NCBI GenBank assembly: GCA_049968255.1
Contig: JBMFRB010000006.1
Coordinates: 107,572 to 171,571 of the forward strand
Reading direction: 5' to 3'
Length of the DNA stretch: 64,000 bases
Origin: Candidatus Sumerlaeaceae bacterium
GTDB lineage: Bacteria > Sumerlaeota > Sumerlaeia > Sumerlaeales > Sumerlaeaceae
In this document: piece after piece, positions 20,355 through 29,813 of the stretch
Layout of the letters: every line of letters starts with the position of its first letter
Position numbering within the stretch: position 1 is the stretch's first letter
Notes under the pieces: generated by a model
The model's input: only the letters and a program-made list of their open reading frames with translations
Databases searched by the model: none
What the model was told of the DNA's origin: nothing
Translations under genes and position numbers: made by a program

Positions 20355-21080
20355 TCAATTGTTTTCTTGATCAAAGGGATCACCAAGAAGCTCGCGAACA
20401 ACTTCGCTGCAGATCTCTGGTTCGAAGCCGCGGCGGAGAAGAAACTGATAAAGCTTTGGGGTTGTAGTGGCGTCGCGCTTGTTTGGCTTTAGAGACGCAA
20501 GACGCTTTTGCGCTGCGGCGCGGGCCAATTCACGCTGTTGCTCCGTCGGATAATTCGCGGCGAGCGCTGCATCCGCTAGCTCGTCCGTCACACCACGCGC
20601 ACGCATCTCGTGCGCAATGGCTCGGGGACCTTTTTTGGCCACTTTTTTCTGTGTCCGCACAAAAGCATTCGCGAATGCGGTGTCGTCGAGAAGGCCCAGC
20701 TCGCGCGCAATGCCCATGGCGTTTTCAATGGCCGGATCGGAAAATCCTGCTCTCGCGAGATACTGACGTGCTTCGGCTGTGGTTTTTTTGCGGGTGGAGA
20801 GATACCGAATGAGGCGACGTCGTGCTGCCAGGGTCTCGTCCGCTTGACGTAGCTGCGCAAGCAACGCCTCATCCACGAACATTTGCGACTTGAGCTGAAA
20901 ACGGACGATGATCTCAGGATCCACAGCAAGGGTGGTATTATCTTCAAAGATGACAGTGATCGGATCGCCCTTGCGTTTACCTGCCTGGAAACTGCGAATT
21001 TTCACACAACAAGTTTGTGGCAGAGGAACCTGCGTTTCAATAGCTTCTTCCAATACAATGAGCATGAGGTGGCGACGCAA
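20355..21080 (-). CDS. recX: recombination regulator RecX
   Basis: Repeated three-helix RecX modules (..RRRLIRYLSTRKKTTAEARQYLARAGF..AIENAM..; ..ARGVTDELADAAL..). True start may be the internal MLIVLEE. Confidence 0.7.
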   Translation of the reverse strand: MRRHLMLIVLEEAIETQVPLPQTCCVKIRSFQAGKRKGDPITVIFEDNTTLAVDPEIIVRFQLKSQMFVDEALLAQLRQADETLAARRRLIRYLSTRKKTTAEARQYLARAGFSDPAIENAMGIARELGLLDDTAFANAFVRTQKKVAKKGPRAIAHEMRARGVTDELADAALAANYPTEQQRELARAAAQKRLASLKPNKRDATTTPKLYQFLLRRGFEPEICSEVVRELLGDPFDQENN

Positions 21081-21121
21081 AATCGCACGATTCTTTTAGG
21101 GAGCGAAAGGACGATACCGTC

Positions 21122-24100
21122 ATGGGCGGTAAACGTCGGGCTCAAAGCAAACGGGATGCCCGAGAGAACCGGCGTCAGCGGCTAAGATGGCGACTAGCGA
21201 TCATGCTCGCAGCAGCACTGTGCCTTGTCGTGGCTTTGCTGGCGTCGGTGCCGGTGCGCTTCGAGGCGGTTCCTCAACGCCTTCAGAGCTTCGCGAAAAA
21301 TCAACTTGGTATGGAGCTCACGCTCGATGGGGCTGAGCTCTGGCTTTTGCCTCCGCGCATTGTCCTCGAACATCCGCGTCTGGTGCCGGCCCCCACTGGC
21401 CCAGGAGGCGAGGAACTAAGAGCGGAGCGCTTGGAGGTTTCACTCAATCCGCTGTGGTGGGGCTTTGGTTTTGGCAAGCCACTGCGCTCGCTGCTTCTTG
21501 TGAGGCCAGGTCCGTTACAAGTGCGCGCGGACGGCAGAGGCCTGCAGTGGCCCGCACCAGTGCAGACTCTTCTTGAACGTGTTTCGCAAAAAGGGGCTAA
21601 GGAACGCGCATTTGACGTCCCACTCTCCTTTGTCGAAGTTCGCGATGCCACACTGAGTGTTTTGCAAGGGATCGACCGGACAACTGCTCTCCCCGTTAGA
21701 AGGAAAAGACAATCTTACGAAACCACGCTTGCGGCAGTTTTGGTTTCGGCATTTCAAATGCGTGAACTGAGCGGGCAGCGTTACGCCCTGAGATGCCACG
21801 GTGAGATCACCGTGCGGCAGGCCCCATCGCCCTTCACAATTCGTGGGACGTTTTTGGGCAACAGCGAGTTTGCTGGCGAGTTGGAAAGCCCGGCTTTTCG
21901 TGCCTACTGGCCGATGGGTTTCCGCGGTTCGGTGGCCACAGAAGCACGCGAGATGCGGATGGACCTTCGCGTGCTGCGCCGCGATAGAGAGAGTGAATTC
22001 GTCGCCGATGCATCGGTGGGGGCGCTGGCTCTTGTCATGCCTAAGCACAGCATTGCGTATCAGGATGAAAACGTGCACGTGGCACTGCGGGGCTCGATCG
22101 ACTGGGGGACGCACGAGCTGGTTCTCATGAAAGGGAGTATTGAGAGTCCCCAGATCCAGTTCGAGGCGACAGGACGCAGTCAATGGGACGCGGGGCCGAG
22201 TTATGAAGCGAATTTATTAGGCTCACGCATCGGTGCTCCTTATATTGAACTTCTGAATGGTCTTTTACCTCGTGGTTTTGAGCTCAACGCTGGTGAAGGA
22301 TCGGTGCAGGCGAATCTGCACGTAAGTGGAGAAGGACCTCAGCTTCGTTCCGTGGTGGGAAAACTCACGTTTTCGTCCGTGACGTTGCAGACGCCCCACC
22401 TCCACCGGGCTGTGCGCGAGCTGAAAGGTGAGCTGGATTTCGAGCCGCAGCGATTAGTTTTCCATGAGCTGGCAGGGAAGCTGGGGCAGGCCACGCTTAC
22501 CGTGGGGGGGGAACTCGTCGGAGATTACGTGACTTCCCGAACGGGAACTCTCCACTTATCTTGGCAAAGCCGTGCTGATGCACGCGAGCTGGGTGAATTG
22601 GTTCAATCGGCAGGAACCTCCGTGGGGCATACGTCCGAAACCATCATACCACTCGGGGGAATGATTCTCAGTGAGGGCGAGTTGACGCAGATCATCGAAG
22701 GCGACCCAAACTCATGGCCCGCGCCTAGTGTAAGCGGAAAGCTGATCGTGCAGAATCTGGGTTTTCGACACAAGGCACTGCCGGCAGCCGTGACCGAGAT
22801 GAATGGCGAGCTGGAAATCGACAACGCTCGTGTCAGGTTTGTCAGTTTGCACGCGAAGCTTGGTGAGAGCCAGGTGGTGGTGTCGGGCGAACTTGCTGGC
22901 GATCGCTATTTTTGGCAGGATCCTGTGCTATCCGCGACGCTGGCAGTGGCTGCAAATGCCTCGGCTTGGGTGCAGAGCTTCGAACCAAACCTGCAAAGCC
23001 TCATCAATACCTATCGCCCGTCGGGGCAGCTCGCAGCAACGATTCAGTGCCTCGTGCCGCTAGCTTCGTGGCAGCGTGCTGAGATCACGGGTAGCGCGAC
23101 CTTATCCCAGGGCGGCTTAGAAATTGCCACGGATGACCTCGTTGCGAAGGTGGCGAATCTGAGCGCAGAAGCGGCATGGGATGGCAAGCGGTTCGCTCTA
23201 AGGAGCTTTCACGGTGAAGTTAACGGCATTCGTGCTTCCGCAAGTGCCACTGTGGATGGGTCGAGGATTGCGCTGCAGCTGAAGGCGCAGGGGAGCCTAG
23301 AACAGGTGCAGGCCATGTTCCCGCGCATGGAGCCGTTTGCTGAGATTCATGGGCCGGCTCTCTGCGATGCGAGTGTCGAAATTTTGGAGGGGCAAGCCGC
23401 CTCTGACAGTGCGGCACAACATCAATTACTCAAGCTGATTGCCGGAGTGGGGCCACGAGTACTTCGGGCTTATCAAAATGCGCGGATTCACGTGAACGGG
23501 CAGGTTGTGGCGGGCAATTCCAGTCAAGGGGCTTCCTTCCGGCACCATGCGATGCCGCCGGCGCGCACACTTCCTTATGGCATAAGCGTGCCACGCGGCG
23601 AGATTACAGACATTCATGGAGTGTTGGCCCTCAAAGGGACAACGATCGAAGTGCCCGAGAATGCGCCACTTCGCTGCGCAATGGCGGACACGCCTAACTG
23701 TCGGCTATCGGGCACGATTGCTTTTATCCCGAATCATTATCCTTCTCTTAAGTTCCGGGTGGAGACAACTGATGAGGCGCGTTTCGATACTTGGCTCACA
23801 GGATGGGGTGCAGATTTTCACCCGCCTGCTCGACGTGGTGCGCCGCTAAAAGGGAAACGTTTCGAGCTTGGTGGAACCATCGTCGCGCCACGCGCAACTT
23901 ACAAAGGAGAACACGTGGGACAATGCTCGGGAGAGCTCTCCTATGTTTATGTTTCTGGTGAGCCGCCGCGACGCACAGAATTTCGCAACGTCACCATTGA
24001 AGGTTTCGGCGGCATCATGCGAGGGTACGGGCTCATCGAGTCGTGGCGCGACAAACCTGAAGAGTATCCCCGGTGGCAGGCAGAGGTGCAACTCGATCAT

Positions 24101-24646
24101 GTTCGCATTCCACCGCTAAGTCGTTGGGTTTTTCGCGACCCTAAACTCGTCGAGGGTTCGCTGACTGGGCGCATCGAGCTGCAAGGCATGAAAACCGACG
24201 TTCAGCGCCTAAAAGGAAAAGGACGTGTGAATCTGCTCCAGGTGGAAGTGGGAAGACTACCATTTATTCTGAAACTCTTTCAGATGGTAAACCTCACCCA
24301 AACACGGGGGCTCTTCGAAAAAGCAGCGTACAATTCCAAACATGAGGCGCATTTTTTGATTTCCGATGGTGTGATGACATGGGACCGGGTGGAACTGGAA
24401 ACCGAGGGACTGCTGCTTGAGCTTCGAGGGCGCTACTTCTTAGAGGATCATCGGATAGACGCTCAAGTACGCTTGAATCTTTTCGAGTCGTCACTGCTGG
24501 GGGCCATCCCCGTCGTGGGCGATCTGGCGCGCATGGCCGATCGCACACTTGGAAAAGTCATTGTCGCATTCCGGGTGAGCGGTCCTGCGGCTCAACCTTC
24601 TATCACGCCAATCCCTCTGCCATTGTTCCAGTCTCCGACCCCCTAG
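21122..24646 (+). CDS. AsmA/TamB-like large envelope protein
   Basis: 1174 aa. N-terminal TM anchor (LAIMLAAALCLVVALLASVP), then a long predicted beta-rich periplasmic region. Family call by architecture only. Confidence 0.45.
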   Translation: MGGKRRAQSKRDARENRRQRLRWRLAIMLAAALCLVVALLASVPVRFEAVPQRLQSFAKNQLGMELTLDGAELWLLPPRIVLEHPRLVPAPTGPGGEELRAERLEVSLNPLWWGFGFGKPLRSLLLVRPGPLQVRADGRGLQWPAPVQTLLERVSQKGAKERAFDVPLSFVEVRDATLSVLQGIDRTTALPVRRKRQSYETTLAAVLVSAFQMRELSGQRYALRCHGEITVRQAPSPFTIRGTFLGNSEFAGELESPAFRAYWPMGFRGSVATEAREMRMDLRVLRRDRESEFVADASVGALALVMPKHSIAYQDENVHVALRGSIDWGTHELVLMKGSIESPQIQFEATGRSQWDAGPSYEANLLGSRIGAPYIELLNGLLPRGFELNAGEGSVQANLHVSGEGPQLRSVVGKLTFSSVTLQTPHLHRAVRELKGELDFEPQRLVFHELAGKLGQATLTVGGELVGDYVTSRTGTLHLSWQSRADARELGELVQSAGTSVGHTSETIIPLGGMILSEGELTQIIEGDPNSWPAPSVSGKLIVQNLGFRHKALPAAVTEMNGELEIDNARVRFVSLHAKLGESQVVVSGELAGDRYFWQDPVLSATLAVAANASAWVQSFEPNLQSLINTYRPSGQLAATIQCLVPLASWQRAEITGSATLSQGGLEIATDDLVAKVANLSAEAAWDGKRFALRSFHGEVNGIRASASATVDGSRIALQLKAQGSLEQVQAMFPRMEPFAEIHGPALCDASVEILEGQAASDSAAQHQLLKLIAGVGPRVLRAYQNARIHVNGQVVAGNSSQGASFRHHAMPPARTLPYGISVPRGEITDIHGVLALKGTTIEVPENAPLRCAMADTPNCRLSGTIAFIPNHYPSLKFRVETTDEARFDTWLTGWGADFHPPARRGAPLKGKRFELGGTIVAPRATYKGEHVGQCSGELSYVYVSGEPPRRTEFRNVTIEGFGGIMRGYGLIESWRDKPEEYPRWQAEVQLDHVRIPPLSRWVFRDPKLVEGSLTGRIELQGMKTDVQRLKGKGRVNLLQVEVGRLPFILKLFQMVNLTQTRGLFEKAAYNSKHEAHFLISDGVMTWDRVELETEGLLLELRGRYFLEDHRIDAQVRLNLFESSLLGAIPVVGDLARMADRTLGKVIVAFRVSGPAAQPSITPIPLPLFQSPTP

Positions 24647-24763
24647 GGCGCGCTGAATGTAAGCGAAACAGGTCGCGTAGACTGCGAGGATGCCTGGAGA
24701 ATTTCCCATAGATACTTTCAGACAGTTTCAGGACGAGCAGCAATTTTTGCGCCGAGGTAGGCC

Positions 24764-26194
24764 ATGAGAAAGAGCATTCTCGTGGTGGGCGGTGGCGTGG
24801 CTGGCTTGGCATGTGCGGCTCGACTGCTGGAGATCGAGCCAACCTGCGAAGTGACAGTGGTAGAAGCAGAAGAGCGGGTGGGGGGCCTCGCTTCACTGTG
24901 GCGCTGTCGAGAATTCTCAGCAGATCTAGGCCCGCATCGTGTTTACACAGAGCTTCCGGAAATCGCCGCACTGCTCCCGAAGCTCGTGGCGACTGAAGAT
25001 GAAATCCAGGTTGAGCGGCGAAGCCAACTGTATCTCGATGGGCATTATTATGCTTACCCTGTACGCGCAGGGGAGATCTTGCGAGTGATGGGGGCTTTGC
25101 GGCTTGGATATTACGGCGCCTCTGCGGCGCTGGGACAAATGAAGGCGTTGATGGGCAAGCCGCGAAGCTATGCAGATGCAATGCAACGCGCGTTCGGAAG
25201 AGCGCTCTACAAAAAAATTATCGAACCATACACGCGAAAGGTCTGGAAGACGCCTCCCGAGCAATTGAGCGAAGAGGTGGCGCGAGTGCGGGTAAGCGCC
25301 GGAAATACGAACAAAATCGTGAAGCGCCTCTTGCATCGCCGCGATACGCCATCGCGCCCCACGGCGCTTGACCGTTTCACCTATATTCGTGGGGGCGTGG
25401 AGGGACTTGTTCATGCACTTGAAAGCAAGGTGTTGAGCCGTGGTGGGACGATCGAAACGGGACTTTGTGCGACAGCGTTCGAGCTGGATCAGGGCGGAGT
25501 GAAATCCGTTTGCGCCGAAGCGACAAGTGAGGAGGCGTCCGATGCACTGTTCGAAGCGAGTGCGGTGGTGTCTACCATGCCCATCACAGACCTTGTGGCG
25601 ACGCTGGGTGCGCGCCTTGGCGAAGGAGCAGAAGCGGCACGTCAGCTCGAGTACGTAGGCATGATTCTCGTCGGAGTGGCACTGGCCAAACCGCAAATGT
25701 CGCTAAACACTTGGATTTACTTCCCTGAGGAGCATCTGGTTTTCAATCGTGCCTATGAACCGCGCAATTTTGATCCAAGCATGGCGCCCTCGGATCGCAC
25801 CTTTGTTGTGTTTGAAATCACGGCGCGGCTAGATTCGCTGTTGTGGCAGACACCTGACGCTGATTTGCGCGATTTAGTTGTGCACGATGCTATTAGGGCG
25901 GGGCTTTTTTCAAAAGAGGACGTTTTGGAAACGTTCTCGAGACGTCTTTCCTATGCTTATCCGATTTATACGTTGGACTTTCGCCGGTATCTCGAACGGG
26001 TTTGCCAAGCGCTGAGCCAAGTTCCCAATCTTCTCACGACGGGGCGCCAGGGACTCTTTAACCATAACAACATGGACCACTCTATGCTCATGGGGATTCG
26101 AGCCGCGGAGTGTGTGGTTGAGAATTATCCGATTGCTGCGAAGGCATGGTATGATCATTTGGAACAGTTTGCTCATTTCCGGATTGTGGACTGA
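24764..26194 (+). CDS. FAD-dependent oxidoreductase (amine oxidase/protoporphyrinogen oxidase-like)
   Basis: N-terminal dinucleotide-binding motif ILVVGGGVAGLACAARL..E. 476 aa. Confidence 0.7.
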   Translation: MRKSILVVGGGVAGLACAARLLEIEPTCEVTVVEAEERVGGLASLWRCREFSADLGPHRVYTELPEIAALLPKLVATEDEIQVERRSQLYLDGHYYAYPVRAGEILRVMGALRLGYYGASAALGQMKALMGKPRSYADAMQRAFGRALYKKIIEPYTRKVWKTPPEQLSEEVARVRVSAGNTNKIVKRLLHRRDTPSRPTALDRFTYIRGGVEGLVHALESKVLSRGGTIETGLCATAFELDQGGVKSVCAEATSEEASDALFEASAVVSTMPITDLVATLGARLGEGAEAARQLEYVGMILVGVALAKPQMSLNTWIYFPEEHLVFNRAYEPRNFDPSMAPSDRTFVVFEITARLDSLLWQTPDADLRDLVVHDAIRAGLFSKEDVLETFSRRLSYAYPIYTLDFRRYLERVCQALSQVPNLLTTGRQGLFNHNNMDHSMLMGIRAAECVVENYPIAAKAWYDHLEQFAHFRIVD

Positions 26195-26224
26195 GCACTG
26201 GGCGAGAAGGAGCGTGAGGCGGAT

Positions 26225-26530
26225 TTAGTCCGTGTCGCGCGGGAGAAGGGATGTCATTTCCTGCACCTGCTCAATCGTCCAACGATTTAGAAATTCGTGC
26301 AAGCGCACGAGTTGGCGTTCGTCGGGCTCAAAATCAATGATGCGACTGATTTGCCCACGTGCGTCAGGGATCTCAAAATGGAAAGTAGGAAGGGGAGCGC
26401 CCGCAGGGCCAAGAAAATAGGCCTCGATGCGCTGGATGGCATCGCGCCGCGCATTGGCATCGAGTCCGATGCGAACGAAGCATTCGAACTCGTAGGTGAG
26501 ATATTTTGCCTGCTCGCGGTCAATTTCCAT
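26225..26530 (-). CDS. hypothetical protein
   Basis: 101-aa ORF 42 nt downstream of the LarE-like gene on the same strand. No recognisable motif. Confidence 0.4.
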   Translation of the reverse strand: MEIDREQAKYLTYEFECFVRIGLDANARRDAIQRIEAYFLGPAGAPLPTFHFEIPDARGQISRIIDFEPDERQLVRLHEFLNRWTIEQVQEMTSLLPRDTD

Positions 26531-26572
26531 AGTCTAACGCTAGCGTAATCGGCCATCCAGTCGCAAGGTATT

Positions 26573-27457
26573 TTAGCTCCGGGATTCTCGAATGGGGGGG
26601 AAATGAGAGGGCATGGGCGCAGGAGCATTGGCCAGAAGAGTCGCATTGAGACTGCCTGTGCGGTAGCCTAGCAGGTCGAGCGTTGTGTAAAGGAACCCGA
26701 TGCGGCGAAATTCTTCAGCAATGCGTGGTGCCAAGCGATCGGTGAAAAGTCGCGGCATCTCCTCGGGAAGCAGTTCGATGCGCGCAATGGTATCGTGGTG
26801 CCGGACGCGCACTTGCGAGAACCCCAGATCTTTAAGCAGTTGCTCGGCTGCGGCAATTTGTTCGAGCTTTTCGCGCGTGATGGGCGATCCATAAGGGACG
26901 CGCGAGGACAAGCATGCACCGGAAGGTTTATTCCAGGTGGGCAAATTGAGGGCCTGCGCCACTTCGCGGATCTCGTCCTTTGTCCAACCGTGTTCGAGCA
27001 ACGGTGCCCACGTCCCGAGCTCATGGGCGGCTTGCATGCCGGGCCGATAGTCGCCGCGATCGTCCGCGTTTGTTCCCTCGACCACAGCCGCGCATCCCCA
27101 TTTTTCGGCAAGTTCATGCAAGCGCACAAAAAGCTCGCGCTTACAAAAATAGCAGCGATTGACGGGGTTGCCGGCGTAATTTGGAATTGCGAGCTCGGAG
27201 TACTCGATGATGCGATGATTCCAGCCACGTGTGCGTGCCAGCTCGCAAACAGCCTTAAATTCCTGGAGGGTGAGTGTTTCGCTTTTTGCGGTCACGGCGA
27301 TGGCATGCTCAAATCCGAGCGCGCGATGGGCCACTTCTTGCAGGAGCGTCGAATCCACACCGCCCGATAGAGCGACGAGCACGCGCCGTCTTTGGCGAAA
27401 TGCTTCCTCAAGGCGTTCGATTTTTTGGACCAATTCAGGTCGCATTCTGCCTCTCAT
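26573..27457 (-). CDS. LarE-like PP-loop superfamily ATP-dependent sulfur transferase (TIGR00268-like)
   Basis: PP-loop VALSGGVDST and conserved Cys motif NRCYFCK, about 290 aa. Overlaps dus by 23 nt. Confidence 0.65.
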   Translation of the reverse strand: MRGRMRPELVQKIERLEEAFRQRRRVLVALSGGVDSTLLQEVAHRALGFEHAIAVTAKSETLTLQEFKAVCELARTRGWNHRIIEYSELAIPNYAGNPVNRCYFCKRELFVRLHELAEKWGCAAVVEGTNADDRGDYRPGMQAAHELGTWAPLLEHGWTKDEIREVAQALNLPTWNKPSGACLSSRVPYGSPITREKLEQIAAAEQLLKDLGFSQVRVRHHDTIARIELLPEEMPRLFTDRLAPRIAEEFRRIGFLYTTLDLLGYRTGSLNATLLANAPAPMPSHFPPIRESRS

Positions 27458-28667
27458 CTACTTGCAGTTCCGTGGCTTGTTCACGCGGCGTCACAATGGT
27501 CGTGGCTTGTGGCCGAACGCGCAGCCATTCTAAGTACTCGCTGAGCGCAGCTTCGAGCTCGCTTAGTGTCTCGATATGCATGAGGCGTTCCCGGAACGTT
27601 CGCGCACCGTGCAACCCGCGCAAATACTGGACTGTGTGCTTGCGCATCTCGAGAATGCCACGCCGTTGGCCTTTTGCTGCGACCATCATGCGCGTGTGCT
27701 CCAAAACGAGCGAGAAACGCTGCTCGATGCTCACATCAAGCAAGTAAGCAGGCACGCGTACGACTGTTCGGCCGTAGCTCTCCTCACACTCGACCATTTG
27801 ATCCGTGGGAACCTGCTTTTCGGAAGCGATGCGCCCCTCGCAAAAATCGCGCATGGCGCGCTCGCAAGCGCGAAGTAGCCAGGGATTGCCTATGAGGCCA
27901 CGGCCAATCATGATGGCGTCGCAGCGCGTCTCGCGGATCATGCGCACAGCGTCGGCCGGCGAGGTGATGTCGCCATTGCCAATGACAGGAATGCTCACGG
28001 CCTGCTTGAGTTCTGCGATGAGTCGCCAGTCGGCCGGGCCGCGATACCCCTGCTGGCGAGTTCGAGCGTGCAATGCCACAGCATCGGCGCCTTCGGCTTC
28101 GCAAATGCGGGCCAGTTCTATCGCAAGGATTTGGCCATCCTCCCAGCCAGCCCGCATTTTCACTGTGACGGGAATGCGGACTGCGCGACGTAGAGCACGA
28201 ACAATGGCAGCGACGCGTTGCGGATCTTTCATCAGAGCGCTGCCGCAATTGTTGCCCGTGACCTTGCGAGCCGGACACCCCATATTGATATCCACAAGGG
28301 CTGCCCCTTGCTGCTCGATAATTTTTGCGGCTTCAGCGAGACGATCGGGCTCGCCGCCGAGTAACTGGACGGCAACTGGAGGGGCCTCGCCCCCAATGTC
28401 GAGAAGACTCCAGGTGCCCTTGTCGCCGCGTATGAGCCCTTCGGCGGAAATCATCTGCGTGTAGACAAGATGCGCTCCCATCCGGCGCAATATTTCGCGA
28501 AATGGGCGATCGGTGATGTTGCACATCGGTGCGGGGAGGACGCGGGTGCGTAGGCCGAGTGGCCCAATGTGCCACTCCCTGCTGGGGACGCATGAGGGGG
28601 GCCATGTGATCATCTCGTGAACCATGCTGCGATCTCCTGTGCTGGGGCGCGTGGCGCTTGCTTGCAC
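27435..28667 (-). CDS. dus: tRNA-dihydrouridine synthase
   Basis: Dus TIM-barrel motifs (LAPMCNITDRPFREI, VDINMGCPARKV, K..AGWEDG). N-terminal extension suggests an internal start. Confidence 0.85.
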   Translation of the reverse strand: MQASATRPSTGDRSMVHEMITWPPSCVPSREWHIGPLGLRTRVLPAPMCNITDRPFREILRRMGAHLVYTQMISAEGLIRGDKGTWSLLDIGGEAPPVAVQLLGGEPDRLAEAAKIIEQQGAALVDINMGCPARKVTGNNCGSALMKDPQRVAAIVRALRRAVRIPVTVKMRAGWEDGQILAIELARICEAEGADAVALHARTRQQGYRGPADWRLIAELKQAVSIPVIGNGDITSPADAVRMIRETRCDAIMIGRGLIGNPWLLRACERAMRDFCEGRIASEKQVPTDQMVECEESYGRTVVRVPAYLLDVSIEQRFSLVLEHTRMMVAAKGQRRGILEMRKHTVQYLRGLHGARTFRERLMHIETLSELEAALSEYLEWLRVRPQATTIVTPREQATELQVDERQNAT

Positions 28668-28692
28668 TGTCTAACACGATGGCCGCGCGAAA

Positions 28693-29802
28693 TTATTTAT
28701 CGCCAGCGGATGCCCCTGCGGAAAGCGTGCGTTTGGCCATCTTGAGAAGCAGTCGCGCCGCAACGCGGTTGACAATCACAATGCTAAAAATAATCGCCGC
28801 CTCCATGATCTCGATGATATCTTTCGGGAGCTCACTGGCGGCGGCCACCTTACCATAGTTTAATACACCGAAAAGAAGTGCTGTGAAAATGACGCCGATG
28901 GGGTGATTGTTTGCAAGAAGCGCCACGGCGATGCCGAGAAAACCGAGCCCAGCAGAGAAGTTTTCTTCAAAATACCCTTTGTGACCGAGCACGAATCCGA
29001 CGCCGACAAGCCCAGCGAGAGCTCCACTCAGAAACATCGTCACGATGATAACGCGTGCTGGCACAATGCCGGCTAGCCGCGCGGCCAGCGCGTTTTTCCC
29101 AACAGCACGGATTTCATAGCCAAGCTTTGTCCTGCGCAGCATCCACCACACGCCCAACGCGGCCACGAGTGCCAAAAACAATGATGCGTTGACAATTGAC
29201 CCCTGAAATACCGGGAACCACACGGATAGGCGGGGAAGCCGGAGAAATTCTGGAAACGCAGGTGTGCGCACCGTGGCTGGAACGGCAAAACTATTCGGGT
29301 CGTAGCGTAGCAAGTAGTTGATCCACGCAAGGGCGACAAAATTTAGCATGATCGTTGTGATAACCTCGTGTGCACCCGTGAGAGCCTTGAGAACTCCAGG
29401 GATTGCGCCGTAGAGCCCTCCAGCGATCATCGCGACAAGAACAAAAGCCACCATCCACACGAACCATGGAACCTTCTGGAGGATTTCCTTCGGAACGCCT
29501 TTCAGATAGTAGCCCACGATACCCAGGGCCATCGCGCCCAAGTAGAGTTGCCCCTCGGCGCCGATGTTGAACAGGCCAGCCCGGAATGCGACAGCAACTG
29601 CCAGACCGGTGAACGTGAGCAGAGTTGCCGTGTGCAGTACCTGACCAAGCCCGTACCAATCGCGCAAGCTCTCCTGAAAGATTGCACGAAATGTGGAAAT
29701 CACGGGATAGCCTGTGAGTGCCAGAAACGCCATCCCTGCGAGAACGGAAAGCAGGAGCGCGATAGCAGGTGCAAAAATGGCTCGCACAAGGAACTGTTTC
29801 AT
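28693..29802 (-). CDS. ABC transporter permease (BMP/sugar-type)
   Basis: 369 aa, about 10 TM helices. Adjacent to the ABC ATPase gene. Confidence 0.8.
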   Translation of the reverse strand: MKQFLVRAIFAPAIALLLSVLAGMAFLALTGYPVISTFRAIFQESLRDWYGLGQVLHTATLLTFTGLAVAVAFRAGLFNIGAEGQLYLGAMALGIVGYYLKGVPKEILQKVPWFVWMVAFVLVAMIAGGLYGAIPGVLKALTGAHEVITTIMLNFVALAWINYLLRYDPNSFAVPATVRTPAFPEFLRLPRLSVWFPVFQGSIVNASLFLALVAALGVWWMLRRTKLGYEIRAVGKNALAARLAGIVPARVIIVTMFLSGALAGLVGVGFVLGHKGYFEENFSAGLGFLGIAVALLANNHPIGVIFTALLFGVLNYGKVAAASELPKDIIEIMEAAIIFSIVIVNRVAARLLLKMAKRTLSAGASAGDK

Positions 29803-29813
29803 CGGCTAAACTC

